Of a DNA stretch of 64,000 nt, positions 47,373 to 57,364 are shown piece by piece; position 1 is the stretch's first letter; each line of letters begins with the position of its first letter. A model generated the notes under the pieces. The model searched no databases. It was not told where the DNA came from and saw only the letters and a program-made list of their open reading frames with translations. This DNA comes from a virus. The position numbers and the translations under genes were made by a program. The DNA is taken from positions 32,001-96,000 of the IMG/VR virus record IMGVR_UViG_3300042691_053485, one strand, 5' to 3'.

Positions 47373-50300
47373 TTATCCAAATCTGTAGGGTGGGTTCTCG
47401 GGGTCTAAAATGACCATCCCACCAATTTCTCTCAATACTTGTTTTCCAATGATACTTCGTTCTCCTTCAGATGGTTCATTTCCTTTGCGATATGAATTTT
47501 CTTTGGGATTAAAAATATACATTTCTTCAATGTTAACGTCTTGATAGTCAAATGGTGAATTAGGGGACATATTAGCGAGTTCCCAAAATTCGTATTCATC
47601 TTCCGTGATAATCATCAATTCGTTGATGTCCTGCTGTTTATCCTCTTTCTTATCAAGCGGATATCCGTGAACAAGTTGTATTTCTTCATCAAGAAAGTAG
47701 GCACGTTCGTTTGCACTTCTTTTGTACTTTTTGTTTGGGGATGGAATTTTATCCCTAACATCCGGGTGGAAGATAATCCATAAGTTTGAAATTGACTTGT
47801 TAAATAAGTCTAGGTATTTCTTTGGATTGTACTTGATTTTAGAATCCAATTTTTCAACCGGAACATAACTACAGTAGAGTTTATCAGACTTTAAAACTAC
47901 ATCAATTGCATACCTCTCAGCTTCTTTTTTTGTTGCTTTAATTGTCCGAAATGAGAACTCTATCTTATCCGCTGTATCAATTTCATCAATTTCATCTTCT
48001 TTTGAAGTTTTCACCCTTTTTGTACCATCTGTAGTTTCGGTATGTACCATTTTATTATTAAAATTGAAGTAACCTGCTTCATAACCTTTGATGACCTCTT
48101 TCTTAAACTCCTCACGGCTAGTTTCAATTTTCGATTTAAATTCCTTGACTTTCGTGTCAAAGTGGTCTTTATCGTTTAGAATAAAGTGACCAATTACATT
48201 TTTAACCGTTTCTCTGTCTTTTCCACCACTTGTATCGTCATCGTTGATGTAGTGTATCCAGTCCCCAACCTGAACATCTAAGTTAAGTTTTACGGCTAAC
48301 TCCATGTGTGCTTGCTTTGCATATCGACCCTCTTTAACTCCTTTTTGGTAATCACCAACAGGATTATGAATATCGTAAGATTTAGATACCCTTTTCTTGT
48401 TCGTAATATGCCTTGCAAGAATTTCCCCATTATTAATCTTACTTATATGAGTATAGTACGCATCGAGTAGCTCTTCAGGTTTATTTAAGAATGCTTTAAT
48501 GATATGATTGTCGTAAAAGTCCACAATGTAGGCATTTTTACCCTTATTTACAAGTGCCCCTCCAACATGTGAGATGCTATATTTTCCATCTTTATCCTTT
48601 TTAAGGGATGAGAAATTGCCCTTTGCAAGATTAATACAAGACTCTGCATATTCATCGATAGCAACCCCGGTGTAACCAATCATAAACTTATCATTATACT
48701 CCGCCACAAATGCTTCAACACCTTCATAATGCTTATCCTTTTCCGTAAGCCAACTTTTTCCTGTACCGCGATATTGATATGTCTCGATACCATCAGGAAT
48801 TACAAAGTTTGCACCATCGGTATGAAAATATACAATTTTAAAGCCTGCTTTACCGAAATATTCAATCATGTGGCGCATGTTCTGACGACTTGCACAAGTA
48901 ATATGCCAGGCACTTTGAATATGGCAGAACGGGGAAACGTCAGGTGCACCCAACATTCCATAGAAGCTATTAATAAGAATCTTTAGCGGAAGCTGCTTTT
49001 TGTCATAAAGCTGCTCATTCGCTCTATCACCCTTCTTTTTAGCTGCATTTTTCATGTCTTTATACATGAGTCGGCTTCGAAGTGCATATTCTAGAACCGC
49101 CTTATATACATTTGTAGTGTCTATATCCGGACGCTTACAGTGTGCTAAGAATGTCGCTGGGTATTGTGAAGAAAAGTCAATCTTTACAATACGTTGATGG
49201 AACCCTGAATCGACCATTCCAAGCAAACCCCCTGTATATTTTCTTGGTTTCTCATAATCGGGGATTGCAGCACAGTTCAAATATGACCATGCAGATAATA
49301 TCAACTTCCATACCGTTGCATTTCCGGTTGTTGCAACCTTTTCATAACTTGTCGGCAACCATTTCGACAGCGAAAATGTTGCTTGAGAATATAATTTGTC
49401 TAAAAGGTATGGCTCTTCCAAGTCATCCTCCAAATATCTTTGAATTATATATGACCCGGTAACTATTGCATACTTGTCAAAATTTGCATTTTTGTAGATG
49501 TTTCTAACATCCTTAACATTTTCAGCAAATTCAAGACGTTTTTGTACAAAATAGTCCCAAATTCTCTTATTAGACCTTAGATACCACCCCATGCCATCTA
49601 TAGGCACAACTATCTCATCAAAGTCTGCACACTTTGTGTATAATAATTCAAATTGCTCATCCAAATGTTTTTTAGCGGCATCAAAGGAAACTTCTGAAAT
49701 CGCTACAGATTTACCATTCACATCTAAATGTAAATTGATGGTGAAGACGTTGGTGCATAAATTCAAAGGAAGTTCATTAAACTCATTGGAACACTTCACA
49801 TACAACTTTGATAAGTTTCCATAGTATAATCCTGATAAACCATCATGAATTTTACCTGCATCAAAAAGTTTCTCCTTTTGAATTTTTTTTGACATCAAAA
49901 GATATGACCCATCTTCATCTGAAAAGTAATATGGATTTGTTTCAGCCGCAATTTTACCAATACTATCACCCGAAACATAAACCCTATTCTTCTTAGCAAG
50001 TTTTGCATGGATGATATTATCCTTCAGTTTGGAATTCGGAAGCGATTTATCTTGTTCTGCTGCACGCTTTACGGCATACATAACATCACAGATGTTTCGC
50101 CCAAACATTTTTGTTTGGGTATATTGCTCTGTTCCATTTCCAATCTTTACAACAGAGTTTTCTCGTTTCTGATAGAGGAAAACCGGAAAGACATTTCCAT
50201 ATTTTTCAAAGTAGGGAGCAATAATCTCTCGGATGAATTGTACAGCCGTGCTTTTCTTACTCCCATCTTGAGATTTCTCTTCAGCAACACAACCAAGAAG

Positions 50301-51770
50301 CTCAAGCCTTCTTTCCAAGAACGGAAAATCAAACCCTTCACCATTAAAAGTCAAAGTCAAATCGGGGTCTTGCTCTGCAATTATTTTGTATGCTTCAATA
50401 ATAATTGCCTTTTCGCTGTCATAATCATTTGCTTCGAGCAACTTTGTATACCCATCGGTAGTTTTAATACCTATTTGAAAAATCCGACCTGTTTCCGGGC
50501 TAAGTGCAGCTCTATCATAATCCTCTTTTCCAAATTGGGCTGTTGTCTCAATATCAATAACTAAAGTATCAAGCTCCTCATAGTTTTCAATTCCCTTGAA
50601 CAGTCTTCGACCTGTTTGAATCATATATTGTTCAAGAGGTTGAAGACCATAAACTTGTTGGTCAATCGTGTAATAAAAACAGTATCCGGTTGAATCAAGA
50701 TATGCTTTTAAGTCTTTCTTGTCAAGACTATCATCAAATGTGAAGCAGTTTATTATATAGTCCATAAGCTTTTTATCATCAATCTTCAAGTTGAAAATTG
50801 ACCTCAAATCAGCATTTGAACTATTAATAATCTTTAAAAACACATCAGGGGTCTTATCAATAAGGTCATTTATATAGGTCTTATTGATTTTATATGCGAC
50901 AGAAGCTTGTTTTGCCTTAAAAATCTTTATTAAGGCATTGAAGTCGACAGAATCCTTAGTGTAAGGGAAGAAGAAATCCCGGTATTTATATGTTTTTACA
51001 AAAAAGTCAATCGAAGCATCAACATTTTTAGATATAAATTCGATAAATTCTTTGAATCGTCGCTCATCAATATAAGCTGTGCCACGTAATGATACTCCCG
51101 CCTCCTTAAAAAAGGTTGTTAAGTTGTGGTATGAGCCCACAATACGGTCTTCAAAGTAGGGATTATCGCTGAACTTGGGATTATCCCTTTGGGATTTAAT
51201 AGTTATTTTCCACTTAAAGCCGCTATCAATTCGATTAACGCCTGATTGACCAAACAAGGCATAGCCTTGTTCGTCAAATCCTGTTATTTGACTTTCTTTT
51301 TGAATTCCGTAAAGCTTTTGCTTTTCGGATACTAGCTTTTTCCACTCCTCGAAATCTGTAATATCATATCTGACGATAGCAGAGTTTTCATCTGTTGAGA
51401 TGATTTTTACAGTGTCACCTATTTCTCGTATCTTACCATTTGGAAGTCTGACATGGGTTTCTGATACATTGCTAAGAGGTATTTTAACAATGTTATTTCT
51501 GAAGAATATTGATGTCTTCCACTCTTTACTCCACATAAAGGGGTTCAGACCATTTTTATGGGTTATTCTTGGAGAATCCCCTTGGAACTTTTTACAAAAA
51601 ATGATATCAACATCATTATTTTTACGAGAAACTTCAATAGCCCGGATACCTAAAAGCTCCTTTCCGAAAATATCTTTTTCGTAAGCCCCATTGAAAAAGT
51701 CTACAATTACCTTTTCATCGATTTTAGGTTGAACCCAGCTTTCTTTTGGGGTTAGGATGTTGTATTTCAT
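47373..51770 (-). CDS. Family B DNA polymerase with large insertions
   Basis: Exonuclease DIET, FNGEGFD, Y..DD; polymerase DFSSQYP, KILINSFYG, HTDG. Confidence 0.95.
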   Translation of the reverse strand: MKYNILTPKESWVQPKIDEKVIVDFFNGAYEKDIFGKELLGIRAIEVSRKNNDVDIIFCKKFQGDSPRITHKNGLNPFMWSKEWKTSIFFRNNIVKIPLSNVSETHVRLPNGKIREIGDTVKIISTDENSAIVRYDITDFEEWKKLVSEKQKLYGIQKESQITGFDEQGYALFGQSGVNRIDSGFKWKITIKSQRDNPKFSDNPYFEDRIVGSYHNLTTFFKEAGVSLRGTAYIDERRFKEFIEFISKNVDASIDFFVKTYKYRDFFFPYTKDSVDFNALIKIFKAKQASVAYKINKTYINDLIDKTPDVFLKIINSSNADLRSIFNLKIDDKKLMDYIINCFTFDDSLDKKDLKAYLDSTGYCFYYTIDQQVYGLQPLEQYMIQTGRRLFKGIENYEELDTLVIDIETTAQFGKEDYDRAALSPETGRIFQIGIKTTDGYTKLLEANDYDSEKAIIIEAYKIIAEQDPDLTLTFNGEGFDFPFLERRLELLGCVAEEKSQDGSKKSTAVQFIREIIAPYFEKYGNVFPVFLYQKRENSVVKIGNGTEQYTQTKMFGRNICDVMYAVKRAAEQDKSLPNSKLKDNIIHAKLAKKNRVYVSGDSIGKIAAETNPYYFSDEDGSYLLMSKKIQKEKLFDAGKIHDGLSGLYYGNLSKLYVKCSNEFNELPLNLCTNVFTINLHLDVNGKSVAISEVSFDAAKKHLDEQFELLYTKCADFDEIVVPIDGMGWYLRSNKRIWDYFVQKRLEFAENVKDVRNIYKNANFDKYAIVTGSYIIQRYLEDDLEEPYLLDKLYSQATFSLSKWLPTSYEKVATTGNATVWKLILSAWSYLNCAAIPDYEKPRKYTGGLLGMVDSGFHQRIVKIDFSSQYPATFLAHCKRPDIDTTNVYKAVLEYALRSRLMYKDMKNAAKKKGDRANEQLYDKKQLPLKILINSFYGMLGAPDVSPFCHIQSAWHITCASRQNMRHMIEYFGKAGFKIVYFHTDGANFVIPDGIETYQYRGTGKSWLTEKDKHYEGVEAFVAEYNDKFMIGYTGVAIDEYAESCINLAKGNFSSLKKDKDGKYSISHVGGALVNKGKNAYIVDFYDNHIIKAFLNKPEELLDAYYTHISKINNGEILARHITNKKRVSKSYDIHNPVGDYQKGVKEGRYAKQAHMELAVKLNLDVQVGDWIHYINDDDTSGGKDRETVKNVIGHFILNDKDHFDTKVKEFKSKIETSREEFKKEVIKGYEAGYFNFNNKMVHTETTDGTKRVKTSKEDEIDEIDTADKIEFSFRTIKATKKEAERYAIDVVLKSDKLYCSYVPVEKLDSKIKYNPKKYLDLFNKSISNLWIIFHPDVRDKIPSPNKKYKRSANERAYFLDEEIQLVHGYPLDKKEDKQQDINELMIITEDEYEFWELANMSPNSPFDYQDVNIEEMYIFNPKENSYRKGNEPSEGERSIIGKQVLREIGGMVILDPENPPYRFG

Positions 51771-51828
51771 TATTTTTTTTTTAATAGTTATAACACCTAA
51801 AACTTCAAAAGAAAGCTAAAAGTTCAAA

Positions 51829-53025
51829 TTATATCACAAAAATTCCATTTGGATTTTTTCCTAGAATTCTATTGAGGTTATCCGACTCATTTGCTTTACG
51901 TTCAAGAACTTTATCACTAGACATTTTATCAAGCCATTCCTTTAATTCTGTACGTAGTGCATCTTTCTCTTCCTTTCCTTCTGCAAGGAATGACTCATAA
52001 TCCAACTGACCTTCCGCATCCGGAACAGGTATTTTACCTGAGAATTTTCCCCTTGCTCGACCAATTGCCTCTTTTGCGAGGGCTGTTAGAAACTTCCTAA
52101 CCCAAATTTTTGAAGGGTTATTCAAATCGCAGAAGTCAGTCATCGTCATAGGTACATCAGAAGGATACTTGATAATATCTGCACACTCTTCAAGGCACTT
52201 ATTTTTTGCTTCAGCATCCATATCGATAGTGTCATAATAGTGATACCAGACTTTTAAACCGTACAGCTCCTTACGAATCCCGATTTTATTTCCTGCATTT
52301 GGTGTTGAATACAAATGCACAAGTCGAGTTCCATTTGGTCCGGCTGTGACCTTATAGGTTAGGTCAGACTTCAAAATTCTATTTTTAAGACCGTAGTCTG
52401 CCGCCCTTAAAACAATATCATAGGCAGGTGCGATGTAGTAAGCCCCGTTCATTATATTGTAACCTGAGCCACCCCATCCGATTCCACCTGAAATACCAAC
52501 ACCACCAATCATTGTACCGTAACCAAGGGACGAGAATGTCGCATGGGTAATATCCGATGGGGTTAGCCACATCACAGCGTTTATCTCTCTTCCTGCCGGA
52601 ACTTCATAGACCATTTTTCCTTCTTCAATTACGAAATAGTCTTTTTTTAGCTCGTATGGTCCGTTAGTTTGATGCCCAACTTGCTTCGAGTATGCTTGAG
52701 CAAATTGTCGTTCGTAATCAAATGAACGCTGTGTTAGGGCAAAACAAATGTCATTTTCTGTTAGACTTTTTCCGTTTAACGAAGACCATTGATTTTCAAT
52801 AAGCCACATTTGAATAGCACTGACATATTCTTCAACTGCAAACTTCATGAGTGAACACCAAGCTTGAGGTGTGATTTCAATTTTAACAATTCCACCACTC
52901 AATAAATTTGAAATATCTGTTATTAAGCAGGCTTTTTCAGGATTTTGTATGCAATCTGCTGCATTATAATTTTGATGGAATTCAGATGGTGTTTTCTTAT
53001 GATTTGCATTTGCAAAATTATCCAT
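51829..53025 (-). CDS. Neck / head-tail adaptor protein (T4 gp13-like)
   Basis: GG.VKIEIT...AVEEY; WVRKF.TALAKE.IG..RGKF; minus-strand TATTTAT at 53038-53044. Confidence 0.72.
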   Translation of the reverse strand: MDNFANANHKKTPSEFHQNYNAADCIQNPEKACLITDISNLLSGGIVKIEITPQAWCSLMKFAVEEYVSAIQMWLIENQWSSLNGKSLTENDICFALTQRSFDYERQFAQAYSKQVGHQTNGPYELKKDYFVIEEGKMVYEVPAGREINAVMWLTPSDITHATFSSLGYGTMIGGVGISGGIGWGGSGYNIMNGAYYIAPAYDIVLRAADYGLKNRILKSDLTYKVTAGPNGTRLVHLYSTPNAGNKIGIRKELYGLKVWYHYYDTIDMDAEAKNKCLEECADIIKYPSDVPMTMTDFCDLNNPSKIWVRKFLTALAKEAIGRARGKFSGKIPVPDAEGQLDYESFLAEGKEEKDALRTELKEWLDKMSSDKVLERKANESDNLNRILGKNPNGIFVI

Positions 53026-53046
53026 AGTCGTTTTTGCATAAATATC

Positions 53047-53445
53047 TTATTCATCTGATATTGAGCCACCATTTTCATATTCATCGGAATCTTCGGAATC
53101 TTCTTTTGAGATGGAATCTTTTGGTGGCATTATTTTCCAAAATGCGTATGGAAAAAGGTGTATTTCATCCCGACTTTCAGATTTAACCAAAAACCATTCA
53201 ACATTCTTATGATTTGGGGTTACGATTTTTCCTAAAGACTGGTAAAAGGCATCTTTATCAGGAAGGATGGCATCCGGAATGGATTCATAGGTTTTAAACA
53301 TAAATTGTATTGTGCCGATAATTCCAAAATGTATATCAACTACTCGTTTACCTAAAGTGTAACTATGGTAATATTCAAGCTCTTCGATATACTCCACAAG
53401 CTCTTGGGCAAGGTCATAAACTTTGTTATTGATTATTTTCTTCAT
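53047..53445 (-). CDS. Hypothetical protein
   Basis: Probable start MKKIINNK, overlapping the helicase end. Confidence 0.5.
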   Translation of the reverse strand: MKKIINNKVYDLAQELVEYIEELEYYHSYTLGKRVVDIHFGIIGTIQFMFKTYESIPDAILPDKDAFYQSLGKIVTPNHKNVEWFLVKSESRDEIHLFPYAFWKIMPPKDSISKEDSEDSDEYENGGSISDE

Positions 53446-55231
53446 GATTGTATATTTGTTCTCCGTAAAAAATGTTTCTGTTCTTCTGTTTTTCCCATGC
53501 ACATTGGTATACATCAATTTCGATACTATCATCAAACATTACATAGAATACTTCAACATCTCCAACTCTACCAAGCCTCCAAGTCCTCCCCTCAGCTTGC
53601 TCGTGTTCATCTGAAGACCATGAAGGGCTATTGAAATATACACAATCTGCCTTTGTGATGTTTAACCCTGTTCCAATCGATTTTATATTCCCGACAAGAA
53701 TTTTCTTTTTAGGGTCTGTCATAAAATCATCGATACATTTTTGTCTTCGTGTTCCATCCATTCCGGAATCAACACATACAGCATGTTTACCAAATTTCTT
53801 TTTAAATATTTCATACTCTTCAACAAAATTTGTAAATACAAGACAGTTATAGCCGTCTTCGACATTTGACATTACCGACCTAACAGTATGTTCAGCTTTT
53901 TGTATTGCATAGAACTGTCGAAGCAAAATTGTTTCTGTTAAATCTTTAACTTCCTCTAATTTTTTATTGCCTTTTTTTGCCACATAATCATCAAATAAGA
54001 CTGAGGCTTTCTTTTTTTGTGCCAGAGTAAGCTCAAAGAAAAGTTGATTGACAATTTTTTGGGGGAAGTTAGAAGTTGTTGTTTCCGTCCTTCTTCTCCT
54101 TTGAATGTGTTTCAATCGCTGTGCCAATTCGTAACTATTTGTATTTCCGGTTGTCATTAATATTGATTTTCCGGTTTTCAATGTCCGCCTAACTGCTCCG
54201 CAATATCTCCGCATATAATCATCATATTTACTATACCATTCATTATAATGGTATCCATACGCTGTAAAAATAATATCACTTACATTTATATTGAGGTTAA
54301 AACAAAGATTATACATATCTTCATTTTTTTCAATAGCTGTTGCTGTCATTGCCCATACATATTTAACACTAATATGTGACGTTAAATCTTTAAGAATTTT
54401 ACTCTTTTTGGCATCCCTCTTTCTAAATTTTTGGGCTTCATCGATAATAACGCAGTCATAATTTTCTGCTATAAGGGGTCTAAATAGGGTCGACTTATCT
54501 TTACCCTTCTTGCCTTCCTCGTGATATGCGTGTAAAACGTCACACCCTATAATCGTATATTTATGTGAATCTTCTATCCATCCCTTTTCACCCCAAATTA
54601 TTTTTGAATCTTCACCCCAAAGCTTTAATTCTTTTTTCCAGTCCAACTGCTTTCCTGCAATACAAATAATTAACACTTTTTTACATTCACCGGCAATTGT
54701 TGCTGCAATTGATGTGTGGGTTTTACCTGCACCGACAGTATCCATCAAGTAACAACGTTGGTGGAAAAGTAAAAATTGTACGGCTGATTCTTGGTGTTTT
54801 AATAGATTACTTGTGGTAAATTTACTATTTAGTTCCTCGAAGTTTATTTCTAGACGAATATAGTTCTGTTCGTATAAGTCCCCAACTTCGTCTTTATAAA
54901 GCCAGAAGTCCATATTTCGGCTTCCTGTATAGTAAGAAACATGGTAGAACTCATCAGTTTCACCAAGAATTTGGTTTATTTTTACTTCAGAAACTTCCCT
55001 ATCTAAAGAAAAGTCGGATTTCAATTTCTTGGCTGTTTTTTCGCCAACCTTTACCACCAAAGTTTCAACATCGTAGGGGCTGAATTTCAAATTCTTTAGA
55101 AGATATTCATTTTCAAAGGGGGTTAATTCTTTCAAAAGACCTCTTCGATATTTGTTTTCTAAATTCAAAATGAAGGGATTATTACCTCCATAGGTTTGGA
55201 GTTGATTTATCTTAAATGCTGGATATTCCAT
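53426..55231 (-). CDS. SNF2-family helicase
   Basis: HQ, DTVGAGKT, IIDEAQ, MTATA, SIGTGLNIT, QAEGRTWRLG. Confidence 0.9.
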   Translation of the reverse strand: MEYPAFKINQLQTYGGNNPFILNLENKYRRGLLKELTPFENEYLLKNLKFSPYDVETLVVKVGEKTAKKLKSDFSLDREVSEVKINQILGETDEFYHVSYYTGSRNMDFWLYKDEVGDLYEQNYIRLEINFEELNSKFTTSNLLKHQESAVQFLLFHQRCYLMDTVGAGKTHTSIAATIAGECKKVLIICIAGKQLDWKKELKLWGEDSKIIWGEKGWIEDSHKYTIIGCDVLHAYHEEGKKGKDKSTLFRPLIAENYDCVIIDEAQKFRKRDAKKSKILKDLTSHISVKYVWAMTATAIEKNEDMYNLCFNLNINVSDIIFTAYGYHYNEWYSKYDDYMRRYCGAVRRTLKTGKSILMTTGNTNSYELAQRLKHIQRRRRTETTTSNFPQKIVNQLFFELTLAQKKKASVLFDDYVAKKGNKKLEEVKDLTETILLRQFYAIQKAEHTVRSVMSNVEDGYNCLVFTNFVEEYEIFKKKFGKHAVCVDSGMDGTRRQKCIDDFMTDPKKKILVGNIKSIGTGLNITKADCVYFNSPSWSSDEHEQAEGRTWRLGRVGDVEVFYVMFDDSIEIDVYQCAWEKQKNRNIFYGEQIYNHEENNQ

Positions 55232-55282
55232 TATTTTTTATATTTATAAAATATAACATAAAAGCAGTTCAAAAAATTCCTT

Positions 55283-55798
55283 ATGAACATCGGTCCTTTA
55301 AATCATGTCAATAAATTTTTCTCTCAGGAGGAGTATGATTACTATGTTAGCGCATCTCGAGAACATCTCACTTCTGTTGACACAAAAATAATTTTTTATA
55401 AGGTTGATAAGGAGAAGTCTGTTATTGATGACTTATATGGAGAGGCTTATGAGGAAGAAGTTAAAACTATGAGTCCAGTTGAAATTCCTGCACTTATCAA
55501 GTTCGAAGAACCAAAAAATAAGGCTTATATCGAGGATAAGGGGATGTTGAGATATGAAGAATATGGAAATTTGGTTGTTCACTTACTTTTAGCGGATTTA
55601 GATGCTTTAAAGGTAGAAATAACGTATGGGGATTATGTTGGGTACAGAGTATCTGAAACTAAAGTCATTTATTTTCAGGTAGCAAATGATGCTCAAAAAC
55701 ATTATGAAAACAGTAAAACATTTATGGGTTACAGGGCGTTTTGGAAAACAATTGTTTGTACCCCAACAACAAGAGGTGAAGAATTTTTTAGAGAATGA
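55283..55798 (+). CDS. Head closure / neck protein (gp14-like)
   Basis: DDLYGEA...PVEI.AL; L..L.VEI.YGD; first gene of the neck-tail operon; TATTTATA at 55241-55248. Confidence 0.65.
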   Translation: MNIGPLNHVNKFFSQEEYDYYVSASREHLTSVDTKIIFYKVDKEKSVIDDLYGEAYEEEVKTMSPVEIPALIKFEEPKNKAYIEDKGMLRYEEYGNLVVHLLLADLDALKVEITYGDYVGYRVSETKVIYFQVANDAQKHYENSKTFMGYRAFWKTIVCTPTTRGEEFFRE

Positions 55799-56805
55799 AA
55801 AATAGCATAAATGATAATCCGAAATTAGCAGGAAAGGAATCCCAGTTAAAATTTTACACAGATGCCGTTATCAATGACACATTTTTCCCAAGAGGTGTCC
55901 ATATCGTTGATATTGACCGCTCTGTTAGGGATGAAATCCTAGAGAAATTTCAAATAGTTTCACAAGGTAATAAAATACCATTTTTGGATATTTTTTCCAT
56001 TGAGCGATACTCTGAGTTTATAAAAACTTGGAAAAGTGTTGATTCAGAACGGGTAATTAAGATGCCATTTATGGTACTTGTAAAAGAACCTACTCAAAAG
56101 GGTACAAATATGGGTGGGACATATAATATTCCCGCTTTGCCGACATTCCCGCTTTGGAAAAGAAATGTCGTCCGAAACGGTAGGGCAACTGTTGACTATT
56201 ATCAAATCCCACAACCTGTCAATATCGATGTGCCTTATACTTTACATATTTTTACAACTCATCTTCGCGAGCTCAATATGGTGGATGAAATGATGCTCCA
56301 CAAGTTCAGAGAGAGTCAATACTATATCGTTGTGAATGGACATCACATGCCGCTGAAGTTTGAAGGGATGGATGACCAATCAGAAATAGGCGATATTGAG
56401 TCAAGAAGATATTATCACAAAGCCTATTCACTGAATCTAAGAGGGTACTTACTAAATGAAGAGGAATTTAAAAAGCTACCATCAATAGATTCAATAAAAA
56501 TAAAGGTGGAAAACTCAGTTGTTAAAAATAGCTCACTTTGTGAAGTGAAAAATGTTGATTTGGATTGTGACTTATGCTTACACTTCAAGTTTAATCGTAA
56601 GTCACCATCAACGCAAACTGTAAGAGTGCCTGCTGATTTAGAATTTTATTATGATAATCAGGGAGTCGGTGATTATTCATATTTTTTGAATAATAATCTT
56701 GTTAATTTGCCTTTTGTTGCAGAAAAAGGAGATGAATTAACTGTTGCTCATAATATGGGTAATGCAAAAGTTATCAACATTAATGTTTGCGGTCGTAAGC
56801 TATGA
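55795..56805 (+). CDS. Tail completion/terminator protein (gp15-like)
   Basis: FPRGVHIVDIDRS, ERYS, IPQPV.ID..Y, ELN..DE; lies before the sheath gene. Confidence 0.65.
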   Translation: MKNSINDNPKLAGKESQLKFYTDAVINDTFFPRGVHIVDIDRSVRDEILEKFQIVSQGNKIPFLDIFSIERYSEFIKTWKSVDSERVIKMPFMVLVKEPTQKGTNMGGTYNIPALPTFPLWKRNVVRNGRATVDYYQIPQPVNIDVPYTLHIFTTHLRELNMVDEMMLHKFRESQYYIVVNGHHMPLKFEGMDDQSEIGDIESRRYYHKAYSLNLRGYLLNEEEFKKLPSIDSIKIKVENSVVKNSSLCEVKNVDLDCDLCLHFKFNRKSPSTQTVRVPADLEFYYDNQGVGDYSYFLNNNLVNLPFVAEKGDELTVAHNMGNAKVININVCGRKL

Positions 56806-56950
56806 TAGAATTTCCTTTTGAAGTTTTAGCTTCAATAGAATTATATCTCGGTTTTCTTGATAAAATCAGAATTTTTTAAAACATATACTATTGAAAATCA
56901 ATTGTTTTCATTTGAATTTCCTGATTTTCTTTTGATATTTAAAAGAAAAC

Positions 56951-57319
56951 ATGAAAAATTTATTCTTACTAATCTTCTTTCTATTACCTTTATTCACTTC
57001 AGCTCAAATAAGTTTTTCTGATAAAGGTGACAAGCAAATACCGGTTAGAGTTATTATTCAGCAAGATAATAGTAATTTATTCGTCTCTTTTTTGGAAGTA
57101 CAAGACCTCGAAGTTAGTAAATATGAAGTACAATACAGTAATGAGGGTGATGTTTTTTTCACTCTCTCAAAAATAACCCCTGTTAGTGGAAAGTTTCGAC
57201 ACAATCTTTGTTTTGGTGGGGTTGAGAAATCTGCTTATGTGAGAATAAAAATTGTCTTGAAAGATGGTGAAGTCTTATTTTCAAGAGTTATAGTTTCAAA
57301 TAGTGTTATCAATGGTTAA
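56951..57319 (+). CDS. Signal-peptide protein with a Bacteroidota T9SS-cargo-like Ig domain
   Basis: MKNLFLLIFFLLPLFTSA|Q; YEVQYS.EG..F..L, YVRIKIV.KDG...FS. Confidence 0.55.
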   Translation: MKNLFLLIFFLLPLFTSAQISFSDKGDKQIPVRVIIQQDNSNLFVSFLEVQDLEVSKYEVQYSNEGDVFFTLSKITPVSGKFRHNLCFGGVEKSAYVRIKIVLKDGEVLFSRVIVSNSVING

Positions 57320-57346
57320 ATTAAATATGTTTTCGACTTTGCTTTA

Positions 57347-57354
57347 TATTTATA
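57347..57354 (+). promoter_or_regulatory. Putative late promoter TATTTATA
   Basis: 10 nt before the sheath ATG. Confidence 0.55.
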
Positions 57355-57364
57355 AATAAAAAAA

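Noticed and set aside
47373-51770. Inteins as the cause of the oversized polymerase
   Set aside because: No C/S-start and HN/SN-end splice motifs at the insertion borders and no LAGLIDADG motifs seen
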